From the NCBI GenBank assembly GCA_039815185.1, contig JBCBZT010000008.1, forward strand, positions 128,001-192,000: a stretch of 64,000 nt of DNA. Direction: 5' to 3'. The number at the start of each line of letters is the position of its first letter. Within the stretch, counting starts at the first letter, position 1. Origin of the DNA: Cyanobacteria bacterium P01_A01_bin.123 (GTDB taxonomy: Bacteria; Cyanobacteriota; Cyanobacteriia; Phormidesmidales; Phormidesmidaceae). The notes under the pieces are model-generated. The model worked only from the letters and a program-made list of their open reading frames with translations, had not been told where the DNA came from and made no database searches. The translations under genes were made by a program, and so were the position numbers. Shown in pieces: positions 21,848 through 32,478 of the stretch.

Positions 21848-21909
21848 GCTTTCGATCGCCTAACTTTTGTTAGTCTATTAGTTAAACTTACGCAGAAGGC
21901 ATGAATGCT

Positions 21910-24900
21910 TCATTCCTTGACGGGAGAGTGTCGAAAGAAATGGATTTCAGTTTCAGCAGCAGACAGAGGTTTTGAGAAGAAGTAGCCTTGGCCAAACTTA
22001 CAACCCAGCTGCTGTAGCTGTTGAAGCTGCTGAGAGGTCTCAATTCCTTCTGCGACAACAGTCAATCCGAGCTGCTCACTCAAAGTAATAATGGTTTTTA
22101 CAATCTGACAATTGCGGCTTTCAACTTGCATCTGGCTCACAAACGAGCGATCGATTTTTAGATGATGAGCAGGCAGTCGATGAAGATAGTTAAGAGACGA
22201 ATATCCTGTACCAAAGTCATCAATGCTGATTTGAATATTTCTTGAATTCAATTGATTCAGCAAGTCAATTGTTTGATGAATCTCCTCAATCAGCATACTT
22301 TCAGTGATTTCTAAAATGAGCGAGTCGCCGCTCAGTCCGGTATCAGCTAATATGTTATCAATATCCTCAATCAAGCTAGGTTTTCGAAGATCTTGAGCAG
22401 AAAGGTTAATACTGATTTTCAGAGAGGAACAGCAATCAGGAAACTGTTTCTTCCATCTAACCATTTGCTGACATGCTTGATAAAATACCCAACTGTCCAA
22501 AGGCACAATCAATCCAGTTTCTTCAGCGATGGGAATAAAATCACCTGGAGAGATAAACCCACGAGTCGGATGCTGCCAGCGAACTAGCGCTTCAAAACCA
22601 GTCAGCTGATTATTCAATAAATTAAAGGATGGTTGATAGTGTATGACAAATTCTTCTCTGTCAAGTGCCTTGCGCAAATCCGTTTCTATGGTAAGACGTT
22701 TTAATACTTGAGTATGCATCGATGCATCAAAAAATTTGTAGCAGCTATTCTTTTCCGTCTTAGCCTGATACATTGCAATGTCGGCATCGCGAAGCACGTC
22801 AGATGCTTGATGATAGTCTTTATTTCCAAAAACAATGCCGATGCTGAACCCAGTAAAAATTTCATGTTCACTAATCGTAAAAGCATTCTGACAATTTGCC
22901 AAAATGCGATCCACAATTACAATAATGTTCTCAATATTGCCAATATCCTCAAGTAGAATTACAAACTCATCCCCACCTAGTCGAGCAACTAAATCAGGTT
23001 TCCGCAAATGCACTTTTAGCTGTTGGGCGATCGCTATGAGGAGTTGATCCCCAATCAAGTGTCCCAAACTATCATTAATAACCTTAAAGCGATCTAAGTC
23101 TATAAATAAGATTGCATAATGGTAATGCTCAATTCGTTGAGTTCGATTGATTGCAAGTTCAAGGCGATTCATTAAAAGTGTTCGATTCGGCAAACCTGTT
23201 AGTGAATCATGCAAAGCGTCATGGATAATCTGGTCTTGAGCCTGCTTGAGTTCACTGATGTCACGACAAACAGCAATTAATAATCCATCCTCTGTGAGGG
23301 TAAGGGAAATCCCCTGCGGAAAGGTGGAACCATCTTTACGAGAAGCGATCGCCTCGCCTTGCCAAGAACGATGCTCATCTAGATATGGAAATACTTCCTG
23401 TTCAAACCGTGGGGGATACAACAGGTTCCAGCTCTTGCCCAATAGTTCCTCGGGGCGTTCATAACCAAATAGGCCTAAATAAGCTTTATTCACATAAAGG
23501 TAAGTGTCACCTTGTAGAATTGCAATACCGTCAATTGCTGCCTCGATTGCTGCCAGCTGCTGCTTGCTTGTTTGCTCAGCCTGCTTACGATCGGTGATAT
23601 CTTGATAGCTTCCTAAAATGCCAATGACTTCACCTTTAAGGTCATGGAGCGGAAGTTTGTTGGTTTCTAACCAAACCTGGCTACCATCTGCCTGTGTCTG
23701 TGGCTCAACAATCCCTATCTTAACGATATCAGTATCCATGACTTGTTGATCATCAGCATAAAACGCCTCAGCTTCGGTATTTGTCCAGGGCATTTCAAAG
23801 TCTGTTTTACCAATGATATCCATAACAGATGTACAGCCTGCATCGCGAAGAAAATTGCGATTGCAGCCCAAGTAAACTGAATCTCGATTCTTCCAAAATA
23901 TGGATAAAGGGAATGTATCTAGTACGGTTTGCAAAAATTGCTCTCGATTGTGGAGCTCAGCCGTGCGTTTTGTGACTTTCGCTTCCAGATCCTGATTGAG
24001 CTGCTCTAGCAAGATCAGCGTTCTTTGTCTCTCCAATTCAGCAGCAGCACGAGCAGCAAAGACTTGCAAGGTTTCTTCTGCTTGCTGTGGGTTTGAGATT
24101 GGCTGCTTGTTGAGAATACACAAATGACCAATTGCCCTACTTTGAGTGTCATATAAAGCAACACCCAGATAACTTTTTACTTCGTCAGCCAATTGCTTGG
24201 GAAATTGCTGCTGGTTAAAAGATTCGCAGTAAAGTCTTCCCTCTTGTAATACTTGTCCACAAGCTCTCTTAGCCGGGCAATAGGCAAAAGTGGGTCGTAA
24301 ACCATCTTGTGACCAGAATGCTAAGACCTGTAGCTCGTCATTAACTTGTTCAGTGACTAAAGCATGGGAGATATCTAAAGCTTTGGCAATGTGCTGAACT
24401 AATGTCGGGAAAAAGTCTTGACCCGTCGTTGCTGCAGTTGCTTCCACCAGGGTCTTCAATTGCCGTTCAGCTTGTTTACGCTCGGTAATATCCTCATGGG
24501 TACCAATAACTCGCAAGGGCTCCCCATTGGGCATCCACTCAAGCAACTTTCCACGAGAGAGAATCCATTTATAGTTACCATCTTTGCAACGAACACGATG
24601 TTCGCTCTGGTAAATGGGCATTTCGCCACTTAAATATTTCTCTATGCTCTGATAGTGTTGGGCTATATCGTCAGGATGTATAAGCTTTTCCCAATTCTTT
24701 AGCTGAACACCAACTTCATGCTCGGCATAACCCAACATGGCTTTCCATTGCCGGGAGTATACAACAGTATTGCTTTGAAGATTCAAGTCCCAAACGCCAT
24801 CCCCCGAACCCTCTAACGCAAATTGCCAGCGAGTTTGGCTTTCTCTCAGTGCCGCTTCAGTCTGTTTTCGCTCAGTAATATCTCGTACAATGACCAAGGC

Positions 24901-25728
24901 TTCGTCTGCGCTAATCGCACTGATCCGAACCTCTTCATAAAGCATGCGGCCATGTTTGTGGAATTGATGCTCATAAACTTGCAGTTCACCAGTAGAAATT
25001 GCTTGGTCAATTCTGTCAAGTTGCTGTTGCAGTATCTCTGGGGGCAATACTTCTGAGAGGTGCTTCTGGATCGTGAGGAATTCTCCTGCCTGATTTTTTG
25101 AACGAATGTTATCTAAACAAGTGCCATCTCGTGTGACTAGCAACAATAAATCTGGAATAGCTGCAAACATAGTGCGAATTTGAGCTTCACTGACGCGGAG
25201 TTCGGCAGTACGTTCTTCAACTTTTGCTTCTAATTCTTGATTAAGTTGTTGGAGTTGTCGCTCAGCTCGTTTACGTTCACTAATATCTCGCACTAGCAGG
25301 AGCACTTCATCTTTGTCGTAAGGGACAACTCGTACCTCCTCAACTTGCGCTCTGTTGTCCACAGAGAGGTCTTGCTCATAGACCTGTAAAGAGTTAGTTT
25401 GCAATGCCAAGTCAATAAACTCCAGACGTTTTTTAGCAATAGTGTCTGGCAAAGATTCAGAGATATGGGTTCCAACTAAGCTCGTTAGATTACCCACCAC
25501 GCAAAAGTTGGGATTGGTGACAAATTCTTGATAAATACCCGCCCGATTTACCCTCACCATTAAGTCAGGAATAGCGCTAAATAGCACGTGCGGATGAGCG
25601 TCACTTGCCTGTAGTACCTTTTCTGACCGATTTTGATTGCTTAAGTCAATATCCACTTCTTCGGGCTGCCAGTCATGGGTTTGCTGACTTCTGCTCTGAG
25701 GCATTAGATTAGGGTCTGAGTGGAGCAT
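21910..25728 (-). CDS. multi-PAS/GAF diguanylate cyclase/phosphodiesterase (GGDEF-EAL)
   Basis: repeated PAC DITERK motifs, GAF, RKPD I-site, GGDEF, EAL and DDFGTGYSS. Confidence 0.95.
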   Translation of the reverse strand: MLHSDPNLMPQSRSQQTHDWQPEEVDIDLSNQNRSEKVLQASDAHPHVLFSAIPDLMVRVNRAGIYQEFVTNPNFCVVGNLTSLVGTHISESLPDTIAKKRLEFIDLALQTNSLQVYEQDLSVDNRAQVEEVRVVPYDKDEVLLLVRDISERKRAERQLQQLNQELEAKVEERTAELRVSEAQIRTMFAAIPDLLLLVTRDGTCLDNIRSKNQAGEFLTIQKHLSEVLPPEILQQQLDRIDQAISTGELQVYEHQFHKHGRMLYEEVRISAISADEALVIVRDITERKQTEAALRESQTRWQFALEGSGDGVWDLNLQSNTVVYSRQWKAMLGYAEHEVGVQLKNWEKLIHPDDIAQHYQSIEKYLSGEMPIYQSEHRVRCKDGNYKWILSRGKLLEWMPNGEPLRVIGTHEDITERKQAERQLKTLVEATAATTGQDFFPTLVQHIAKALDISHALVTEQVNDELQVLAFWSQDGLRPTFAYCPAKRACGQVLQEGRLYCESFNQQQFPKQLADEVKSYLGVALYDTQSRAIGHLCILNKQPISNPQQAEETLQVFAARAAAELERQRTLILLEQLNQDLEAKVTKRTAELHNREQFLQTVLDTFPLSIFWKNRDSVYLGCNRNFLRDAGCTSVMDIIGKTDFEMPWTNTEAEAFYADDQQVMDTDIVKIGIVEPQTQADGSQVWLETNKLPLHDLKGEVIGILGSYQDITDRKQAEQTSKQQLAAIEAAIDGIAILQGDTYLYVNKAYLGLFGYERPEELLGKSWNLLYPPRFEQEVFPYLDEHRSWQGEAIASRKDGSTFPQGISLTLTEDGLLIAVCRDISELKQAQDQIIHDALHDSLTGLPNRTLLMNRLELAINRTQRIEHYHYAILFIDLDRFKVINDSLGHLIGDQLLIAIAQQLKVHLRKPDLVARLGGDEFVILLEDIGNIENIIVIVDRILANCQNAFTISEHEIFTGFSIGIVFGNKDYHQASDVLRDADIAMYQAKTEKNSCYKFFDASMHTQVLKRLTIETDLRKALDREEFVIHYQPSFNLLNNQLTGFEALVRWQHPTRGFISPGDFIPIAEETGLIVPLDSWVFYQACQQMVRWKKQFPDCCSSLKISINLSAQDLRKPSLIEDIDNILADTGLSGDSLILEITESMLIEEIHQTIDLLNQLNSRNIQISIDDFGTGYSSLNYLHRLPAHHLKIDRSFVSQMQVESRNCQIVKTIITLSEQLGLTVVAEGIETSQQLQQLQQLGCKFGQGYFFSKPLSAAETEIHFFRHSPVKE

Positions 25729-27020
25729 AGCTTAAGAGCACGAAACTACATCAGTGTTGGGAAACGCTTGAACCCCTGCCATGTTTCTAAAGTACCCACA
25801 AACTTCACCAACCCAATAACCCCTCGAATTTTTATGCCTAAGCACGGCAGTTAGTTGAAATGTTGATTAGTTTGTTGTGCAGTCACTCTGAAGATTTCAT
25901 TGACAAAAGGGAGCTGTCCCATCACATCTCCTTTCTCAGCGCCATTGAGCTGTCCTCTTACGAATCATATTCACCGCCTCATATCCTTGGAGGGTACACC
26001 TGGCTGTAGGGCTATGGGGTTGCTAGACCCCGGCCGCTTTTATTAGACGAAATGCAGCCGATGCTGATGTCTTATGTTAGCTTTTTGGTTGGCTTGGGCA
26101 CACTGCAGGTGCAAGTGCAAATTTGTTTCTGTAGGCAAAGGCTCTACCCCGTAAGCACCTTACTTCAAAGCAATGTGTAATGAGTTTGAAGGAAACGGTC
26201 GTGTCGAGAGATAAGAATCTATTTATTGAGTTGCAGCATGACTCATACTTCTAGTAAATTCCACTGCTTTCTTTACTAGGTAACATCTCAATATAGTCAT
26301 GCCAATTGTCCATAACCATAGTGCTTGAACATCAAGATGTACAGAGATTTTTGTTGGGAATAGGTAGCTGGGCTCTATATCATTTCTCTCTAATCACTTA
26401 ACGGGAAGGATAAAATCTTGTTGGTTCTAGATGAATGCAATTTTCATCAACCTGCCCGAATATCATCCAACGCCTTTTAAGATTTCAGATATTCTTTGAC
26501 AAGGGTGGCAGAAGAGAGATTATTTGAAGAAAAGGTGCCTAGAGTTTAAATTTCTCTCGACGCAAAATAGAAAAACCGCCCAACAAATTAAATCTAACAT
26601 CACCTAAGGCCTTAAGCATAAAACTTAAGCATCAAGCCTAAGCAGCTAAAATCTTTCTAGTTCAATGACATCTACCAGTTTTTCGGCTGTGCCATATACT
26701 GCTATTTTCTAGCTTACGCTGATTGCCTTGATTCCCAGAGCGATACTCTCTAAATCTGAGTTCAATCTAAAATCTTCAGCAATCTAGAGACTGCGAAATA
26801 TCAGTAAGGCAAGGAAAGGCATTATTTTTCTTTGCCTATTTGGTTAAATCTGCAATAGGTATTAATCTCTTTCACGGGGCTTCCTTATCAGATATTTTTG
26901 GACTTCTGATAGAAACTAACATGCAAATTTTACCTTTTGCTTAGAGGCATTCTCAAAAACCTAGGCAGGATATCAATAGGGCCAGTCAATAAATTCTCCA
27001 GAAGGATCGCAATATGAGAT

Positions 27021-27515
27021 CTAGAAATTAGGGTCATGGTCGTAGTCAATACATTCGTTATTTTGCCAAACTCGACCACTATCCTCACAGCTTTGCTTAT
27101 CCCTCTTGAAAGGTATGCCTGTAGGGTATGTTACGTCAGGAGAATTTGTTAGAAAGTCAAGTGGAATATATCTCAGCTGAAATAACCCAATGGTCATCAA
27201 CATTCCTAAGATGATTAATCCCATAGTGAATAAAATATTAGCAGGCCTCCAAATCGGAGCATAGATTTGTCGGCGCTTAGACCGCCGATCAGGTCCAGCA
27301 ATTAGGACAAAATAAAATCGCTTCCATAGAACAGGAATCGTCAAGCGAATGTCAACTGGGTGTTGTCTCCAATGAGTAGATTGAAGTGCTCCTTGGAGTG
27401 CTTGTAATTGCTCTGTAGTGAAAGAGTTAGCGATATCTTCTGGTAAACGCCTGAGAAATCTTTCAAGCGCAGGATTTTTAACGAAAGAGGAAGAGTTGGA
27501 CATATGTTTACTCAA
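27021..27515 (-). CDS. conserved hypothetical membrane protein
   Basis: F...QL.AL, HPVDIRLTIP...RFYFVLIAG.DRR motif, one TM, C-terminal C...GRVW....C. Confidence 0.75.
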   Translation of the reverse strand: MSKHMSNSSSFVKNPALERFLRRLPEDIANSFTTEQLQALQGALQSTHWRQHPVDIRLTIPVLWKRFYFVLIAGPDRRSKRRQIYAPIWRPANILFTMGLIILGMLMTIGLFQLRYIPLDFLTNSPDVTYPTGIPFKRDKQSCEDSGRVWQNNECIDYDHDPNF

Positions 27516-28749
27516 AAACCTAGTTACTGAGTATCTTGGCGTTGGCGATACTGATATTGAGACTTAATTGATGCAAAAACACTAAACACTTCAGATACTT
27601 CAACTTGGTTGGTAGTATCTATTTGATACAATGGTATTTTCTAGGTCGATTTTTGATTTCTACATTGGATTAAATAGGGCTGAATTTAGGTATCTTACCT
27701 TTATAAAAAATTGGAATGAGAAAGTAAGTGAACCTACAGCTAAATCTGCTGAGAGATGCAGCGATACAAGTTAACCACCGCAAAGGTAGCAGGTTCCATG
27801 AAAATGTATTGTAGAAACGAGCACAAAGAATATGTTGCTTTGAAGGATTCATGAAAAGGAACGCTCTTTTCTGAAGAAAGATCTAAGATCAAGCTGCTAT
27901 AGCCTGATAGTTCCCAGACTAAGCTATCTAATAAACATGAGTAATATGTTTATTTTAGAGTTGATTTGAACTCTCTAAGCATCGAAACAACTGCACGACA
28001 AGCCCTTCGAGAATACGAACTGCGCTTTGGTATTGGAGAAAACTTCTTGAATGGCAAGCCCAATAGCTTTCAGTTGAAAGCGTCTAAGCTGCGCTCAGCT
28101 CCTATCGTATTGCACTTATATTTTTCTTGTCTGTGACGAGCCTGTATCTCACCTTGCAGGTTACTAAAGTAGTCAACCCGGGGCAAGTAGATCTTCACTA
28201 GTTTCAAGGCAACAGCTACTTCAGGTTAGGTTAGGTCTGGATCAAAGCGGTTGGTTCTAGGGAGTAGCAACTCTTTGTCCCGATTGGACTCATCACCCAG
28301 ATTGACCTAGGACAGAGGATTTGAACTATCACATTAGTTTTGGACAGTGCGTATGCCCTTAAATGATTTGTTCTATAAATGGAATTTTGAGCGGTCTATA
28401 TAAAAATTAAGCCATCTAGCTGATGATGTTTGTATTTTTTCTGAGAGCTATCCAGATTCTGAAACGAAATAACCGCAAAATTAGAACTCAAGATCTCGAA
28501 TATAAGAGATTTTACTGATCGTGTAATCCTCAATTAACATCAAATCTCTTCAAAGGAGAGATTCTCTAAGCGATTTCAACTAAATAGGTTAAGAAATCCT
28601 CAGATTAGTTAATGCTTGATAAGGGGTGATGCCCCTTTGTCTGGAATCAATATTAGAGGGCACCTTGGGATTAGAAGTTATTTAGGAAATTTATCTTCAC
28701 GGTAGATTTTCTCAATCATGCCTTTATATCTGATTTCCAAGCATCTACC

Positions 28750-31173
28750 ATGATTCGGGACGCGCTCGTTGTTGGCATTAATCACTATCAAAAGCTACCT
28801 AAGCTACAGTCTCCTGCTCACGATGCAGAAGCGATCGCGAGTTGTTTAGAAACTTATGGTGAGTTTCGAGTTCATCGTATGCCAGAGATAATTACTTCTC
28901 ATCGTCCTAAAATTGGTCAACGAACAGAAGTCAGCACGCGCCAACTAGAAACCGCTTTGATTAAGCTATTTAAGCCAGACGGCAAGTCTATTCCTCAAAC
29001 AGCTATTTTTTACTTCTCTGGTCATGGTCTTCAAAGAAATGCAGGCATTCAAGAAGGATATCTTAGTACCAGTGAAGCGGATCCTGAAACTAGGCATTTT
29101 GGTGTATCACTATTTTGGTTACGGCGGCTTTTACAGGAAAGCCCAGTGCCTCAAAAAATTATATGGTTAGACTGTTGCCACAGCGGCGAGTTGCTTAACT
29201 TTTTGGAAGTTGATCCTGGTGCACAATCCGGAAGAGATCGACTATTCATGGCAGCATCTCGGGAATATGAAGCAGCTTATGAATCATTGACATCTAATTA
29301 CAGTGTCTTTACAAAGGCGCTGTTGAATGGTTTGAAGCCGCGATCAGATGGCCAGGATATTATCACCAGCTACAGCTTGATGAAATCTGTTAGCAGTCAG
29401 TTAAAAGGAGAACTCCAGCAACCACTCTTTGAGGCATCTGGTAGTGAAATTATTCTTACACGAAGTACTAGTCGTGAAGCATTTTTGCCACCTGCATCTA
29501 ACTCAACGCTGGATCGGCTAAAGCAACTCTCTCTCAAGTTCTGCCCCTTCCCAGGATTAAAGCCATTCTCAGAAAATCAAGGAGACTTTTTCTTTGGCCG
29601 GGAATTACTTACACAAGAACTGATACAGAATATTAAAAAAAATCGTTTCTGTACGATTGTTGGACCCTCTAATAGTGGAAAAACCTCTCTGTTGAAAGCA
29701 GGGCTTATCTATCAGCTGAAGCAACACCAGACAGAAAATCAAAAATGGGAGATCAGATACTTAACGCCTACTCAATCACCACTGATGAGCCTAGCATCGG
29801 CATTCATAAATCCTACCTCTACCTGTGTAGCTCGAGCTGAGCAACTACACCAAGCTGAAGGTCTTATATTAGAGGAGGAACATGGCCTCAATAAGCTCGC
29901 TCAAGCAAGTCTGATCGACAATTCCCCTACTCAGACTTTTCTTCAGAGCAAAACATTACTTCAGAGACCAGAGAGCCCTCAAGTTTTGCTGATTATTGAT
30001 CATTTTGAAGAACTCTTCACGCTTTGCAAAGATGAAAATCAACGGCAGCAATTTATTGCCTGCCTTGTTAAGGCTATACAATCTCGCGAGACAAACTTAC
30101 GTATTGTTTTTTCTATTCGAGACGACTATACCTTACCGCTTAGTTTTTACCCCAGACTCTTTAATTTAATGAATCAAAATAGCCTATATGTTCATGGTAT
30201 GAATTATGAGCAAATTAAGTCGACCATTGTTGAACCTGCAAAGAAGCTTGATATAGAGTTTGAGCCGACTCTAGTCTGCAACATATTATTAGACATCGTA
30301 GGTACGCCTGGTGAACTAAGCTTAGTTCAGCTTTTACTAGAAAGACTTTGGTCTAAGCAAATCTTAGGCTTATCAGGTAATGCTAAACGAATAACACTAC
30401 AACATTATGCTGACATAGGCGGTATTCATAGTGTAGTGAGTCAATACGCGACAGCTATTTATGAACAGCTATCTTTTGAGGAGCAGCAAGTCGCTCAGCG
30501 TATTTTTCTGTCGCTTTGTGAGATTAAAGAAGGCATGAAAAATAGTCAACGACGCATCAATAAGCTAGAGCTTATTAACGAAAATTTTTCGGCTGATATT
30601 ATTGAGCATACTCTTGAAAAACTTATTGATCTAAGATTAGTTGTGGTCGGGAAGGCAAAACTTTGCAATGTTCCGTTAGAATCATTTTCTACAAACAACA
30701 AAACTGTCGAGACTGTAGATATAGTCCACGAATCTTTGGTTCAGCACTGGGCTTTGCTTTGCAGATGGATTCAGGAAAATCAGGAAATACTTCAGCGAAA
30801 GCGATGGCTAGAATCCGCAGCTCAAGAATGGTATCAGCAAGGAGGGTCAACTGATCCAGAGAGTCTTCTGGTTAAAAATCGTCTCTTGGCAGCGGAATTT
30901 CTTTTGAGAAATTATCCTACAGAATTATCTACCTTAGCAAAAGAGTACGTTAGAATTAGTCGCCGCACTCAAAAATATAAACATTGGAAAGTTGCTCTCC
31001 TAAGTTTTCTAATTCCTTGCTCTATAATAGCTGGCTTCGCATGGTTTTTAAGTACTCGCCAGGATAGCCAAGAGCTAGCAAACTCAGCAGTTAAAGCTGT
31101 TAACATAGTGAAAGATTTAGGTATGCCTAAAGGGGCAATATTGTGTTGTGCCGACGAGATTGATTCCCTATAA
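28750..31173 (+). CDS. caspase-like (peptidase C14) plus nSTAND1-type NTPase with C-terminal TM
   Basis: ALVVGIN.Y, YFSGHG, LDCCHSG; CPFPGL..F...FFGRE, Walker A GPSNSGKT, Walker B LIIDHFEELF, VDIVHESL..HW..L..W. Confidence 0.9.
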   Translation: MIRDALVVGINHYQKLPKLQSPAHDAEAIASCLETYGEFRVHRMPEIITSHRPKIGQRTEVSTRQLETALIKLFKPDGKSIPQTAIFYFSGHGLQRNAGIQEGYLSTSEADPETRHFGVSLFWLRRLLQESPVPQKIIWLDCCHSGELLNFLEVDPGAQSGRDRLFMAASREYEAAYESLTSNYSVFTKALLNGLKPRSDGQDIITSYSLMKSVSSQLKGELQQPLFEASGSEIILTRSTSREAFLPPASNSTLDRLKQLSLKFCPFPGLKPFSENQGDFFFGRELLTQELIQNIKKNRFCTIVGPSNSGKTSLLKAGLIYQLKQHQTENQKWEIRYLTPTQSPLMSLASAFINPTSTCVARAEQLHQAEGLILEEEHGLNKLAQASLIDNSPTQTFLQSKTLLQRPESPQVLLIIDHFEELFTLCKDENQRQQFIACLVKAIQSRETNLRIVFSIRDDYTLPLSFYPRLFNLMNQNSLYVHGMNYEQIKSTIVEPAKKLDIEFEPTLVCNILLDIVGTPGELSLVQLLLERLWSKQILGLSGNAKRITLQHYADIGGIHSVVSQYATAIYEQLSFEEQQVAQRIFLSLCEIKEGMKNSQRRINKLELINENFSADIIEHTLEKLIDLRLVVVGKAKLCNVPLESFSTNNKTVETVDIVHESLVQHWALLCRWIQENQEILQRKRWLESAAQEWYQQGGSTDPESLLVKNRLLAAEFLLRNYPTELSTLAKEYVRISRRTQKYKHWKVALLSFLIPCSIIAGFAWFLSTRQDSQELANSAVKAVNIVKDLGMPKGAILCCADEIDSL

Positions 31174-31260
31174 CGAGAGAAAGAGCTTAACAGGAGGGGC
31201 CATAGAAGAGAGGGCTCTGTTGCAAGTGAACCTCGAGCATTTGAGCTGGCGCGATGTGCG

Positions 31261-31381
31261 TTTAATCATTTGGCCCGTTGCCAAATACTCAGCAATACGG
31301 TCTGAAATCTCAAAATAGATCGCCCACGGTACTGATGCCTTTGAGCTGACAGTACGCCACCAAGTCTTCTTTGAGCCAATA
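31261..31381 (-). pseudogene. frameshifted fragment of a SAP-like/DUF6434-type protein
   Basis: YWLKEDLVAYCQLKGISTVG then a frameshift to EISDRIAEYLATGQ; no start codon; not in the ORF track. Confidence 0.6.
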
Positions 31382-31383
31382 TC

Positions 31384-32346
31384 TTACGCGGTGGGTTTCA
31401 AAATATGTCCCATGGTTTCTCCATCCACGTTGCCACCGCTGAGAATCACTCCCACACGCCCTTGGGCTTGAACCACACCACTCAAAAGTGCGGCTAGTCC
31501 TAGCGCACCTGAAGGTTCTACCACAAGCTTCATACGATAGAAGAGAAACGCGACTGCCTGCATGATGGCTTGTTCTGAGACGGTTTGCATGTCGTCCACA
31601 TATTCGAGGATCAGCGGGAAGGTGAGTGAGCCCAGTGATGGGGAGCGGGTACCGTCTGCAATGGTTGGAGGGTTTTTGACGCTCTGGAGTTGCCCACTGC
31701 GGAAGGAACGCGTCGCATCGTCTGCTAGTTCAGGCTCAACACCGATAACTCGGCAACTTGGGGTGAGATGTTTAGCCGCGATCGCGGAACCGCTCAATAA
31801 TCCTCCTCCTCCACAAGGCACAAGTAGCGTATCGACAGCCACCTCGCTTAGAAGTTCTAGCGCCACCGTGCCTTGGCCCGCAATCACCTGGAGATGATTA
31901 AACGGTGGAATTAGGGTGTAGGGATGCTTTGCTTGGAGGGCAGATGCGGTTTCCTCACGAGTCGTCTTCTCAGGATCGTAAAGCACGACCTCCGCCCCAT
32001 ATTCCTGGGTTGCCAAGCGCTTTGTGGTCGGTGCATTGGTAGGCATCACAATCACGGTCTTGATGCCAAGCTCTCGTCCGACTCGGGCCACAGCTTGGGC
32101 ATGATTGCCGGATGAGTAAGTGATGACGCCTTGATTGAGTTCAGCGGGGGAAAGTTGAGAAATGGCGTTGTATGCGCCTCTGAACTTAAACGCACCAATT
32201 TTTTGTAGGTTTTCACACTTGAAAAAGACTTCTGCGTCTAATCGTTCGTTGAGTGTACTTGAACTCACAATGGGTGTGATGTGGGCTTGATCTTTCAAAC
32301 GTTGAGCCGCTTCAAGAATTTGGTCAATCATGGGGAGTCTGCTCAA
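31384..32346 (-). CDS. PLP fold-type II ammonia-lyase (threo-3-hydroxyaspartate ammonia-lyase / serine racemase-like)
   Basis: FKCENLQKIGAFKFRGA, YSSGNHAQ, PCGGGGL, VVEPSGA, SGGNVD. Confidence 0.88.
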   Translation of the reverse strand: MSRLPMIDQILEAAQRLKDQAHITPIVSSSTLNERLDAEVFFKCENLQKIGAFKFRGAYNAISQLSPAELNQGVITYSSGNHAQAVARVGRELGIKTVIVMPTNAPTTKRLATQEYGAEVVLYDPEKTTREETASALQAKHPYTLIPPFNHLQVIAGQGTVALELLSEVAVDTLLVPCGGGGLLSGSAIAAKHLTPSCRVIGVEPELADDATRSFRSGQLQSVKNPPTIADGTRSPSLGSLTFPLILEYVDDMQTVSEQAIMQAVAFLFYRMKLVVEPSGALGLAALLSGVVQAQGRVGVILSGGNVDGETMGHILKPTA

Positions 32347-32478
32347 GGGATGTCAATCGACAGCGCGGTGCGCTACAGCGATGCCCAGCAGCGCCCTACA
32401 TTCAATGATTGTGTAGGGTCGCAGTGAGTAAAATTAGGTCAATGCAAGCCATAATACAGACGATAAGGCATCACTAAG

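Noticed and set aside
25985..26045. Possible c-di-GMP-I riboswitch on the minus strand upstream of the GGDEF-EAL gene (AAAGC...GGGTCTA...ACAGCCAG)
   Set aside because: The 5' GGCAAAC / GAAA tetraloop stem is absent; the resemblance is only partial
26431..26607. Short + frame interrupted by a single TGA (possible read-through or pseudogene)
   Set aside because: No family resemblance or recoding signal; expected by chance
27670..27852. 60-aa minus-strand ORF
   Set aside because: No motif or RBS; lies in AT-rich spacer DNA
28070..28306. Protein-like minus-strand frame with internal stops (VNLGDESNRDKELLLPRTNRFDPDLT*PEVAVALKLV...)
   Set aside because: Could be a decayed gene, but I cannot assign any family without BLASTx
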